Shown here: positions 45,719 to 57,706 of the stretch, piece after piece
Layout: every line of letters begins with the position of its first letter
Position numbering within the stretch: the stretch's first letter is position 1
DNA from: Vairimorpha necatrix
Lineage: Eukaryota
Length of the DNA: 64,000 nucleotides
Assembly (NCBI GenBank): GCA_036630325.1
Contig: CP142734.1
Coordinates: 930,001-994,000, forward strand
Direction of reading: 5' to 3'
The notes under the pieces: generated by a model
What the model was told of the DNA's origin: nothing
The model's input: the letters and a program-made list of their open reading frames with translations, nothing else
The model's database searches: none
Translations under genes and position numbers: made by a program

Positions 45719-48145
45719 TGTGGACTGATGGTTTCCCATCAGTCATAGAAGAATGTTTTAAACTATAATTTTTATTGTTCTTCATCTTCATACCCCAAGG
45801 GTATGATTTTCTTTTATATTTATAGGCGGGAAAATATTGTACATTTTCCCTCCATAAACATAGTTTGGTAAAGGAGGAGAATACTTATAGAATAGTATTC
45901 TCTAGTCTCCAGGGTAATCTTAGGACCACTGGAGATCTGTCACTTGACACTCCCCCCTTCTTTAGAGGCTCCTAGGTTACCATTTGTTGACGCGTCTTCA
46001 AGTACTTCCAGTTAATAGCGGATGCGTCATTATTTAGGCTATATACTTTATAGACTCCCTCTATTCCAACCGTAGGGATAGTATATGACTTTTTCATTTT
46101 GTCAATTCCTTTCTTCTGAATGCTTATCGGTGGTTTTCGCTTTCGTACTACGTCCCGAACTCTATGAACACTTAATTTCACATTGTCTTTAACTTTTTCC
46201 TTTTCATTTCTTGGTTTCTTCCGCGAGTAAGCGATAGATGTATAACGAAGTATTTCTTTTTCGTCGGAGTCTTTCCGCCATCCATTTATCATTTTAATAG
46301 ATCTAAATTGTCTATTTATAAACTCCGGCAGCATACTGCCCCTGTAAATTTTTTTCCTCCTTTTTTTGTGAGGTATATGTTCTCTGCCTTTCCCCCAGGT
46401 ATTTAGATGTAGGTATTTTAACTCCAATTCAAAGTTTGTAAATACGGGTGGATCATGTAATTTTTGTATTAAAGGATGTGGGTAAAACTCTTTTTTTTTA
46501 CTTCTGTTAAGTTTTCCCTTGTCATTACAAATTACCATGTCACTGAAAGATGCTTTGATTGGAACGACCGGGAGAGTAAAGGTCGATACAGTTTCTTCCT
46601 CTCCAGTTTTACTCAAAAGCACTTTGGGCTTGACTCTTATCGCTTCCCTTTGACCTAATGGTCTCCTATGTTGGATGCACTTAAATTCCGGACAATCCTT
46701 TAGCTCATCTATAACATTGCTACTACTAAAGCTTAAGTTTTGGTCTTTAATATGGAAAGCCTTCGAATGTACTATGGCAAGTTTATAACTTTTTTCTTTT
46801 CCTTCTTGAAAGTAATTTTCTTTTACAATGTCTGTTAGATGTGTTTCGGATATTTTTCCCGTTGTGCAGACAGATTTCGTTGTTATAGCGCCATCTATTT
46901 TATCAAACCTTTTGAGCAGATTTAGTTTCTTGGCATCTACTATGCCAATTATAAAGTCTTCCGGTAATTTATCTATTACGTAAGCCTCGATCATTTCATT
47001 TTTCTTGATCTTGGGCCTCTTTATAAAGACTTGTATTTTTCCTCCTGATTTGACCTGGCCCCCTATTCCTTCAACCGTAAGAGTTTCTTTTGTTGGTTTT
47101 AATTTCAGTTTTTGAATCATTGTTTTACTAATGAGATTCACTTGAGATCCGGTATCAATAAGAGCGGAAAATTTTATCGTTCCCGAATATAGATTTATCC
47201 TCGGGCGGATATCTTGTAGTTTAGTAGTCGATTTCATTTCTCCTATCCTTAAAAGCATGGCAGAATTTACTTGTTCTGCCTTTTCTCCACAAATTTTATT
47301 ATCTTTTTTTTCTCGTGAGATAGCTTCATAAGATGGTTTTCTACTAAATGTTTTCTTTTTGTTTAAATGATAATTTATAAGAGTTTGTTTGTTCTCAACT
47401 AATTCCAGCAATTCCAACCAATCTTTCGTTTCTTCAATAGGCTCCTTCAACTTATCAGGGGAGTTCCTTCCTATAGAAATCTTTGATCTGGCAAAATATT
47501 CAGGGTTTCCTTTTGCATATCTTTTGAGGTCATAAGCGTAACTTAAAATGTCGCTTTCCTTTGGACCTTCCACATATAGATGCATGAACCTATCTGCTAT
47601 ATCTTCTGTTAGTTTCTCTTTTAAATACTTTTTTTTAAACTGGGTTTTGAATGAATCATAGTCTGTAATTTCATCACCCTCGAACGCTTTGAACCATGTT
47701 AACGCCTTGCCTTTAAGTTTAGATTTGGCAATATCTAGCGTTTTATCTTGCGTATACACATCCTCAATTTCGCGGAACTGAGTTAAAAAATCTTCGGCTT
47801 GTTTTAAAGTTTCGCCGTTAAATTCTGTCCACCTATTGCTCAGACATATTTTTTTCATGTGCGTGATGAGACTATTAAAGTGATCGTTCAAATCCTCTTC
47901 ACCGTTACCACCAATGTGGACTGATGGTTTCCCATCAGTCCGAGAAGAATGTTTTAAACTATAATTTTTATTGTTCTTCATCTTCATACCCCAAGGGTAT
48001 GATTTTCTTTTATATTTATAGGCGGGAAAATATTGTACATTTTCCCTCCATAAACATAGTTTGGTAAAGGAGGAGAATACTTATAGAATAGTATTCTCTA
48101 GTCTCCAGGGTAATCTTAGGACCACTGGAGATCTGTCACTTGACA
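45719..48145 (-). mobile_element. Non-autonomous LTR retrotransposon with 231-bp LTRs and a single gag-protease ORF
   Basis: LTRs at 45719-45949 and 47915-48145 differ at about 2 nt; TSD CAAAC; PBS 47900-47913 matches tRNA-Leu(UAA)+CCA; PPT AAGAAGGGGGGAG. Confidence 0.96.
45972..47987 (-). CDS. Gag - aspartic protease - degenerate RT polyprotein (671 aa)
   Basis: F.GE..QAEDFL..F and LKGKALTWF gag motifs; ALIDTGSQVNLI..FIIG protease; RT-like S.F..PVVPIK..C.D..KLN..K..YP.P; no YxDD, RNase H or integrase. Confidence 0.88.
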   Translation of the reverse strand: MKMKNNKNYSLKHSSRTDGKPSVHIGGNGEEDLNDHFNSLITHMKKICLSNRWTEFNGETLKQAEDFLTQFREIEDVYTQDKTLDIAKSKLKGKALTWFKAFEGDEITDYDSFKTQFKKKYLKEKLTEDIADRFMHLYVEGPKESDILSYAYDLKRYAKGNPEYFARSKISIGRNSPDKLKEPIEETKDWLELLELVENKQTLINYHLNKKKTFSRKPSYEAISREKKDNKICGEKAEQVNSAMLLRIGEMKSTTKLQDIRPRINLYSGTIKFSALIDTGSQVNLISKTMIQKLKLKPTKETLTVEGIGGQVKSGGKIQVFIKRPKIKKNEMIEAYVIDKLPEDFIIGIVDAKKLNLLKRFDKIDGAITTKSVCTTGKISETHLTDIVKENYFQEGKEKSYKLAIVHSKAFHIKDQNLSFSSSNVIDELKDCPEFKCIQHRRPLGQREAIRVKPKVLLSKTGEEETVSTFTLPVVPIKASFSDMVICNDKGKLNRSKKKEFYPHPLIQKLHDPPVFTNFELELKYLHLNTWGKGREHIPHKKRRKKIYRGSMLPEFINRQFRSIKMINGWRKDSDEKEILRYTSIAYSRKKPRNEKEKVKDNVKLSVHRVRDVVRKRKPPISIQKKGIDKMKKSYTIPTVGIEGVYKVYSLNNDASAINWKYLKTRQQMVT

Positions 48146-48263
48146 CAAACAATTATTAATAAATTTGTGTTCTACAGGTTTTATTCTCTTTATTTTTGCA
48201 AAAATGGTAAATTTCGACGGGTATTAAGAATGAGTTTAACAAATATCAAGAAGTGTAAATGAA

Positions 48264-48502
48264 AATATATAATTTATTTGGGTATAATATTCGGCTTATT
48301 AATTACTTTTCACAAGATACGCTTACAGTCTCATCTGGCAGTTCCAGGACTTCCTTCAGAGATTCACTCATTGGGCTCTCGAAAACCCCTTCCTGATCTG
48401 TATCAAGCCCATGTCTGGCTGACATAGTTAGGCTTTCTAAAGTCAATTTAAGGACTCTTGACTGTATATATGCTTCCTTTCTGGGTTCTAATCTGAGCAC
48501 TT
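48264..48502 (-). mobile_element. 5'-truncated non-LTR retrotransposon 3' end (RLE family 1)
   Basis: Perfect 15-bp TSD AGAAGTGTAAATGAA at 48249-48263 and 48503-48517; near-identical to 22591-22877. Confidence 0.92.
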
Positions 48503-49269
48503 AGAAGTGTAAATGAATAATAACTATTTTCTGATAAATCCGTTTTTCTTTGAATCCATAATTTCTTGTCGAAATAAATCTCTAAATAACTTTCTCTCAC
48601 AAAGTCGATTCAATGGCAAGAGTATATATATATGTCTTAACAGTTGTTATTAGCTGAGCATTTTATTGTAATATTGGTCTTTGTTTCTGGGCGAAACTCT
48701 CGATCTTAGACTTAATATATCGTATAATGCTATATGCGACGATTAAATGCAAAATTTCCTGATATCCTTTTGTTTATCTGTATTATGACATTTCGAGTCA
48801 AATTGTATTGAATATTGTAACAAATTGTCACTGTTATGTTCGATTCATTTTATGTTAAAATTTTATTATATAAATTAATAACAATATATTGTTTTTTTAT
48901 ATAAGAGATAATTTTATCGAGATTGTAAATTCTGATATTTAAAAGAATTAAAGATGCAGCCTGAGTAGTTGTAAAAGTGGCTTTTATTGAGGTTAAAAAT
49001 AATAATTCTAGTGGTTGCTTCTTTATTGATAATGATCAAGACATGTGACAATATACAGTCAAAAACTATATATAACACGTTCGAGTATAAGATAAATGAG
49101 GCATCTAATGCAGATTCTCTATTAACCTTTAATGCCAAGGTTTAAGCGGAAATATAAGTTAAAAAATGTAAAACATCGTTTAAATTTAGCCTTTGTCAAT
49201 CACGCATATAATTTACGTATATAATGTTCATATATTTTATAATAATTAAAAAATAAAGAAATAATATAT

Positions 49270-49617
49270 ATTCAAAAATAAAAAAATTTAATTGGGGCAT
49301 GCTTATTGTAATTTATATGTTTAGTTTAACAAAATAGGTTCCGCGTTGTTGTCTCCTGCTTGTAGGTGGCTTCTCGTCTCCATAGTCCTTTCCACATCGG
49401 CTTCGTCTCCTCTCCTTCGGTAGTCCAGAGAAATGCTCTCTAGCGTCTTCTTTAGCGTGATCATCTGGATGTACGAATCTACCTTATTAGGGATTTTAAG
49501 TCTTGTGGTATAAGATTTGTGAAACTTAGTCACTATACCGTCCCAAATGATTACGTAGGGAATTATTTCTGTTTTAAACCCCATATATTAGGCCCAGTTC
49601 GTCGCGAGGACATCATA
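49270..49617 (-). mobile_element. 5'-truncated non-LTR retrotransposon 3' end (RLE family 2)
   Basis: ELGLIYGFKTEIIPYVIIWDGIVTKFHKSY..YIQMITLKKTLESIS, the C-terminus typical of RLE-type elements. Confidence 0.8.
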
Positions 49618-50647
49618 AAAGTATTTTGCCATGTTTTCCATTCGGCTGTCGCTTGAGATTCTTACTCACTAAAAATTCTTTCATTATATACGCGGAATCA
49701 AACATCGGCTTATTAATTTTGATTTGGCTTCAGATAAATCGCCCAAAATTTATACTTATTTCGCTTCCTGAGACCAATAACAGATATGATTTTCGGGTAC
49801 AGTAGGTTAGCCTGAGAAAATGAGGCATCTTATCGAAAGGGAAAGACCCTATTATCAATGCATCTTGAACATTTTTAATTCTGGATTTAATGAGCTGCGA
49901 CGATCAATTCCCCAGGTCTCGCCAACTTGTTGTAAATCGTTGCCATACGGGTTACGATAATACTATCCTATACTTCTTCAAGTTCCATAATTTGGCTCTA
50001 TAAATCCCAAATTTAATAGCACCCAGCGTTTTTACAAGTCATACGATAGTTTAAGTAAAGAAGAGAAGCATTGAACTACTTTATATGATACCTATTATTT
50101 TTCCTCATTTATACGCAATATCTCCTGTGACTAAAGCACACAATGTCTAAAAATCAATTTCTAGATTATTTTACACAATATATCATCAGGAAGACCCAAC
50201 ACATCTTATAGCAAAAATTATGTGTGTATCATATCTAACTCTATTTGAAATTTTCAAACACATTTCTGCCGAACACGGAGGCACAGGCAACTTGTGGCAT
50301 ATATATATTACGACATTTATATGTGGTGTCATTTTTAGAGAGTACTTTTTCTATAAATATTTTAAAAGGAAATATGCAATACAATAAACATATTCCTTAA
50401 AGATTTTTTCATTTTGTTTTAATCAAACCTAATGTGCCTATTTTATTTATATTATGCATCATAACCCTTCTCTGTATATAAATTTTATTGGTTTATACAA
50501 CATTTATCAACAAATTAGTATTTTTATATAATGCTGTACGACGATTGTCGAAGATTATTAATAGCAAAACCAATAAAACATATTATTTTATTGTATTTAT
50601 GTATTATCTCGTAAATTACGTTCTTCCAGCAAATTTGGGTTTGTTAT

Positions 50648-53600
50648 TGTTGATTAAAAAATAAATTCATACATAATGATAAATTTATATTTGAACATCA
50701 TAGTGGAGAATTGTGAACAACCCAGTATTAACATAAAAAATCTAACACAAGAACTTTTGAGGTACTAAATATTTAGATGGTTCAAAAAATTGGAGTCGTT
50801 GGATAGAATTGAATATTTTCTGAGAAAAGCCAGTTACGGTATAATTGAATGGCACTCTAAATTTATGGAACTGACAATAAGTTCCTTTCTAGCATATGAC
50901 AAGTGAAAAGAAGCACCATTGAACGAATTTAGGGAAGAAAGAATTGAAGTAGTATATATATAACGCCTTTTCCAGAAAAAGGATCAGAACGCAAAGGAAT
51001 TCATCGAAAAAGTAAAGAAGAAATCGAAAGTAGTAAAAATGGACTCTAAAGAAACTTTAAAAATTATTACGCTAGAAAAAAGAAGAGAATTTCTGCATTT
51101 GAAGGCTTACATAACGAGCTGTTGTTTTTTAAATGATAACGAACCTAAGCAAGTTTTTATAATGGAAAAAATTGACAAAGAATTGAACGATAAGATAAGA
51201 ATTGAACGATAAGATAAGAATTGTTATGGGAAAAATGAAAAAAGCAATAAGAAAGTTGTTCGTAATGGTCCTAAGGAGGTTGGAAATAAGGGATCAAAGC
51301 CTAAATACAATAACAAAAAGCTGCTTCAAATAAATGAAGTCTTAAAAGAATTAGAAGAGATTATTAAGAAGAAAATTTTGTATACATTGAGAACAAAAAA
51401 ATTATGAAAGTTTTTGATACAGGATCTATCAACAATTTCATTTCTAACACAGTTAGATTAAAAAAAAGTTTAAGAAGAAAAAAACCATGCCAATTAAAGT
51501 TCAAAACTTGTCTTGAGAAAACCTTTGAGGTTAAGTATCATGTCTTATGTAAGTTTTTTTTACAAGAATTTAAAATTTTGTTAAAGTTTTTTTTTTTATT
51601 AAAAGTATGTAAAGAAAAAAATTTGATTGCAAAAGAAGGAATTGAAATAATGATAACTTCAAAAGATCAGTATGAATGTGAAATAAATACTCAAAAAGAT
51701 GCTATGGTTGTAGAGAAAGTATATAGCTTTCCCGAGAAGTTTGAATCCTGAATGGAAGTCTTGATAAGAAATTTGATAAAAATGATTTATATAAGCTATT
51801 TAAATCTACATGGCTAAATAACATTCGACCAGTAGTAAAACCAGATAATAGTATAAGAGTAACACTTAATTTGGTTGCACTAAACAAATTGGTAGAATTA
51901 GACAGATATAGCCTACCAAAAATTGAACATTTAGTAGCAATTCGAGAGACAAAGAATTCTTCACGATTTTGGATTTAAAAGATGGTTTCTTTAACATTCC
52001 GCTAGCGAAAAAGGACCAACATAAAACTGCTTTTTGATTAAAGCATTTCTTGTATGAATGGAAAGTAATGCCGATGGGATTTAAGCATGCTCCTGCCATA
52101 TTAAAGCGATACATAGATCATGTTCTATAAGATGAAATAGGAAAGGCGTGCATAGTTTACGTAGACGACATCTTAATTTATGAAGAAACAAGTGAAGAAC
52201 ACGATAGAAACTTATGCAGAATAATGAAAATATTAAAGGACAAAAATCTTAATATTAACGAAAAGAAAACTATTTTAAAAGCCAATCGAATAAAATTTTT
52301 AGGATACAACAATAAAAAAAAATAAATATCGGCCGAAAATCGAGAATAGAAGCAATAAATAAATTTCAAAATCCAGAAAACAAGAAAAAACTTCAAGAAT
52401 TTTTAGGAATGATAAATTACAAAAGAAATTTGATTTGAAACTGCGCAATGTTATGTGGGCCTCTATACAATCTTAAAGCAAAAAGTAAAATACATATGGG
52501 CAGAAAACCCCCTGACAGCTGTCAAAAGTTAAAAAAAAATTTTAGTAAACGAATAGAACTCCACCAGCCGAATTATAACCTTGAATTTATCTTGAAAAAA
52601 GACGCTTCAACAAAGGCTTAGGTGCCATATTGTCTCGGCCTGACGAGGGACAAGGTTCCGATCGCATATGCTTTAAGAAGTCTAAATCGACAGAAATAAA
52701 TTATTCAATAAGTGAAAAAGAATGCTTAGCTATGCTATGAGGAATGGAACATTATAAATACTATTTATATGAAAGGAATTTAAGACCATTACAGATCATA
52801 AGGCCTTGGAAACACATAATAAGGGAGAAATTAAATCTTTGAGAATTTACAGATAGCTTGATCGACTTAGTAATTTCCATTTAGTAGATTTATAGAAAAG
52901 GTGAAGAAATGTCACACGTAGACGCCTTCAGTAGGAGCTTTGAAGAAACAGAAAATAGCGTTAACGAAGTGACGAAAAATGAACCCTTATCAAAACAAGA
53001 AAAAATTAAAATAATATTCGAAAAGCATAAAAAAAATTCCACATAGAGATGCAAACCCAATTTTTTATAACTTAAAAAACGAATATAATTGGCCTGATAT
53101 TAGCCCAATAACTTTATAGGCGATAGATGGCTGTACTGTATAAAAGATGTATAATCTGAAAAAATAAATTTATATTCGTAACAGCTTATTCTCCGGGCGA
53201 AAAGGTGGAAATAGACATTATAGGCCCTATAAACAAAAATTATATAATACCAGGATTAGATTTTTACACCAGAAAGGGATTTGCAAGGTGTATTAACAAT
53301 TGGTCCGGACAAAAAGTAGCCTATTTATATAGGAAATAAATAAAACGATACCGATAAAACGCTTTTTCCGGACAGCTCAAAAGAAAATTAAACCAACAGC
53401 GTTAAAACTGTTGCAAATACAAATAATATTAAGTTACATTACACGACACCATTTTATCATCAATTGAACTGGAGAGTGGAAAGGTTTAATAGAACTCTAC
53501 AAGAGATGGTGAATAAAAACGATGATGACAAGTTTTGAAAACAAAAGTGCAGGAAGCCATTTTAATATATAATAACTCTTATCACGTAGGATTGGGATAC

Positions 53601-53969
53601 ACACCAACCAAAGCATTAGATAAAAAATATGAAGAATTGGTTAAAATAACACAATTTAATATATATTACAATATTTAAAGGTACAGATAAGATGCTAAAA
53701 GAAGAAGTCTTTACTGTTGGGGATACGGTTTTAATAAAGAACGAAAACGTGACAAAGGGCAAGCCGCACTATTGGAAAAAAGGATTTATCCAGTAATTTG
53801 GAATGAAGTTCTTATTTAATTAAAATTGGTACTAAGTCTCACAAAAGGCATGCCTTGCAATTAAAAAGACTAGTGGACGAGGAGCTGATTCGAAAAGGGG
53901 AGGGATGTTGATTATAAATAATAAATTAAATAAATTCCCATTGCATGATAAATCCATATTTGAACAGCA
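50648..53969 (+). mobile_element. Degenerate Ty3/Gypsy LTR retrotransposon with 53/64-bp LTRs
   Basis: LTRs TGTTGATT..TTTGAACA(T/G)CA at 50648-50700 and 53906-53969; TSD GTTAT; PBS-like TAGTGGAGAAT; PPT AAAAGGGGAGGGA; FDTGS protease, YVDD RT, DAS/SEKE RNase H and integrase remnants. Confidence 0.9.
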
Positions 53970-55135
53970 GTTATATAAGTCTCTTGGCTCCAATGTTCTA
54001 TACTAAACAACATTTTTTTAAAAAAAGCTTTAGTACTATAATTTTTAGATACTTTTTATCTCTATAGTTATGTTTTTTATATATTACTGGCCCCGATACA
54101 TACATTCACAAAGAATATGTGAGATAATCGATTTAATTGAACACACTTATTTATATAAAAATCAAATTATTTGTTTTCTATTCAAATTGTTGTTAGCGAA
54201 GCGGAAAAAATCTGAAGAAGAAAATAAAAATCTACACAAGACAAAAGTGTTCTCTTTGATTTACCTTGAACATGAAACATAATAAAATTGACAATAGGGC
54301 GTCTAGATAATCTTTTTTACAATATAGGTGCTTTGAATTTGTCATAATATCATAAGAGATATTTGTTTTCATGTATCTATTGTTTACTGAGATTCTTAAC
54401 ATTTTATAAATATAATACGTAGATTATAATGTTTGTGGTTTATAAATTCCCATTTATATAATATATACTTTAATTTGTACTTTTTAATAATTCATTGGTC
54501 TTTAAAGACAAAGAAGAAATAATAATTCGATTTGTGATCTATAAAAGATTTATTTGTCAAAATAAGGCAAATATACAAACAATGATTGATCATTTTTTCG
54601 AATCAAAATCTCATCTATTAATACAATTATTGTCCACATATTTACATTAATGTCAGCGTAATTTACTTTTAAATATATCCATTATATAGAAATTCAACAA
54701 AATTTCTAATATAATGCATTAAAATGTATGGTAAAGAAAAGTTTTGATTAACTAGATGGTTGAAGTAAATATTTGAAATAACAAAAATCGTAAAAAATAC
54801 ACAGGTAGCGCTATTTATATTTTACGATTTCATATTGATATTTAACGGCTTCTCTACGTTCTCTTTGACTTGTGTAAAGCAGAACAAACGGTAAAAATTG
54901 TGTTGTTTGTATAAGCCTAGGGTGGGTGGATAATTGAAAATTCTCCTTTTTGCTTATTTTGTAATAACCCCGAATTTGGTTAATGTTTCTAAAAAAAATT
55001 AATTAAACTTTTACACAAAGTATATTTTAGGAAATTTTGAGTTTTGTTTTATTTATTTTTTATATAAAATATTTCTATGGTTAGGAGTTTGACCAATGAC
55101 AATTTAGCTCCTAATTATAAAAAATTTTAATATCA

Positions 55136-55828
55136 ATGCCTCATTCATTTATGGGCAAAAAAATTAATATTTTGGTCTGTTTAATATTACTGAGTTTACC
55201 AGTAATCTTATATTTATTCTTTTTTACTGGTAAAGGTAATTATGAAGATCTTACTGATAAAAATATTGATAATCTTAATGCTAAAGTTAAGTATGTCTAT
55301 TACATCGGTAAGCTTAATATTAATGAAACATTGATAGTATTGGAAGACCGATATCAGAATTTTTCTAAAAAACAAAATGAAAATATATTGATGGCCCTGC
55401 GTGTATATTCTGATGTAAGAAGTAATTGGTTTGATACACATGAAAACGTGGAACTATTTTCAATAAACATGAGTTTTTTAGACAAATTTATGTCTTCTTT
55501 ACATGAATATATGTTTTCTAAGGAAAATGGGATAAATGAAATTTATAGTGGCCGTAATTGGAATTTGAAACTAATTGAAACATTATTACAGTTGTTATTT
55601 ACAATTGATGGTACAGAAAAGTTTGATATATACAATGATGAATTCTATAATGGACTATTTGCTACATTAAAAAGTAAAGCGGAAAATAATTGGGACGAAA
55701 AGATCAGAAAATTACTGCATCAATGTACAATAAAGGTTGTATATAAAGGAGAAGAAAAAACAGTAAATATTGGGGACCATGTTTGGGGGTGTATCTTCGC
55801 TATTTTAAAATACTTTCAGAACTTGTAA
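55136..55828 (+). CDS. Family A signal-anchored protein, copy 2 (start may be the Met at 55151)
   Basis: KKINILVCLILL anchor; LTDKNIDNLN, LMALRVYSDVR, KENGINE, HVWGCIF. Confidence 0.8.
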   Translation: MPHSFMGKKINILVCLILLSLPVILYLFFFTGKGNYEDLTDKNIDNLNAKVKYVYYIGKLNINETLIVLEDRYQNFSKKQNENILMALRVYSDVRSNWFDTHENVELFSINMSFLDKFMSSLHEYMFSKENGINEIYSGRNWNLKLIETLLQLLFTIDGTEKFDIYNDEFYNGLFATLKSKAENNWDEKIRKLLHQCTIKVVYKGEEKTVNIGDHVWGCIFAILKYFQNL

Positions 55829-57097
55829 AATCTACTGCACAAACAATAAGAATATATTTAACGCCTATTTAAGTGTCAAGTAGGCTTGTTCAGTTTCTCT
55901 AGAATATGAATTGACACAAAATTTCTTTTTGATTGCTTAGATCAATCAGCACCAACAGTAGAAAAATGGTTTAATTTTTTAAATATAAATGATATTCTTT
56001 ATAGTTTTCTATTATATTTTCCTAAGATTTAAATAAAATTTTTTATTTATACAAACTTTAGATCTTTTCATTTTTCAATCACGAACAATTCCTATAAAGT
56101 GTAACATAAATGTGAATTAAAAACATAAGAGACAACATGTTATACTTTAATACGCAAAAAACAACTTATTATATATCTTCAAAGCCTCTATATTTAATCA
56201 GAGATACAAATAATAGTCCAATTTTAATAAATACATCAAATTACAGTTTATTAAGGACAATAAAGGCTATCATAATCAACATAAAATGATAACGTATGAA
56301 TTATACTATTTATTTCTATAATTCGCACATGTAAAATTTATTTTTTTCAGAGTCTTAAATAAAAAAATAAAACATTGTTTACATGGTTCGTCAAACGATC
56401 TTACCTCGAAATTTATTTTTTTAATAAACTTGGTCAGAATATGTAGGACATTCGCGTAAGTTAGGTTCTTTTGATCTTGGAATTTTTGCTTAATTGATTA
56501 TATTTTTATAAGTTATCTATTATAAAGGCTAGTGTAATCCGCCTATCATAAATATTTTATGCAAAATAAATTATTTGTAAACCTACACGATTGCTGCGTT
56601 TATCAAAACTTAAAAAGCTCAAATCAACCCTTTTATATACAATTTATAGTGCAAGCGACTACAGTATTTACATTCTTTATTGTAAACTAAATAATTTGTC
56701 TCTTTTTAACTGAACATAAAACGTGAAGAAAATATTGTAGCCTTTTTGTAACTTTTAAATTATATTTTTAATACAATTATTGCTCTGATGTAAAGACGAT
56801 ATTTATCATTCGTCGACCATTTTTCATAACTTAAGGCCCAAGCTACCTCAAAAACTAACTAAAAAATCCTTAGCGTATCTGTATTGTAAATATAGGCAAT
56901 AGTACCATTTCTTATATCGAAATTTTTTTTGTATTATGTCAAAACTACTTTAAAATGCGTTATAATATAGGAAGAATTCTTAAGTTTGCTGTTTTGTACT
57001 AGATTTATGTATTTTATCTAAATTTTAGATATTATAAAGCTCAACAAAGCAAAATGGTTTTAAATGAACGTATATGTTTTTTATTGGGGTCGTTTTT

Positions 57098-57706
57098 GGT
57101 ACATGACCGTTTGGAACCCGCTTTGAAATTTAGAAGGACCCCCTTCCAAAAAATGGCAAAAGTGGCAAAAACAATTTTTATTTGGGTAGATGGGCTTTTT
57201 AGTGATGAAATGTATTTTTACATGGAAAACAAAGAAAAGTTTATTTTGGAAACATTTGATGCTGAATCGGCATGCGCCTTGCTCGTTTCTGTAACTAGTA
57301 AAATACTGCTATTTCCTTGAAGTACTTATAAATAATGTATAAACTGTTTCTATTATGATCTCTAATCAATGAGTAGCATACAGGCCACATTAGACAAGCA
57401 AAGGTATGGAGCCCAGTACTATGAATCATTCCATCAATGCTGCAACCCCTAGCAATTCTGAGACACAATCCCGAATGATTTATTTGATTTTGGCTCATTT
57501 CTCAAAGAGATATTCGATCTAGACATAAACAAAGACGAACACTATAGGCATCTTTTACACTTCCTCGAGGATTTCCAAATTTCAAAAAATCACCGGATAA
57601 ATTGTCTTTTTTCATATTAAAAATAAATCGTTGAGTCCCTTTAATTAAATTTATGTTTTATTCTCTTTTTTTGAATTTTCAAAGCGGGTTCCAACGGCCA
57701 TTTACC
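57098..57706 (+). mobile_element. Internally deleted, non-autonomous Merlin derivative of the 33831 family
   Basis: TIR GGTACATGACCGTTTGGAACCCGCTTTGAAA with an imperfect right copy; both ends align to 33831-34930 with about 500 bp missing. Confidence 0.85.

Noticed and set aside
45609-45791. 60-aa ORF matching the gag N-terminus
   Set aside because: 3' LTR copy of the gag start running into flanking DNA; not an independent gene
49690-50050. Relatively GC-rich patch, possible ncRNA or TE fragment (similar patches near 4590-4690 and 18310-18410)
   Set aside because: No recognisable motif, ORF, stable fold or repeat partner by eye
51180-51219. 19-bp tandem duplication GAATTGAACGATAAGATAA
   Set aside because: Local slippage inside a dead retrotransposon
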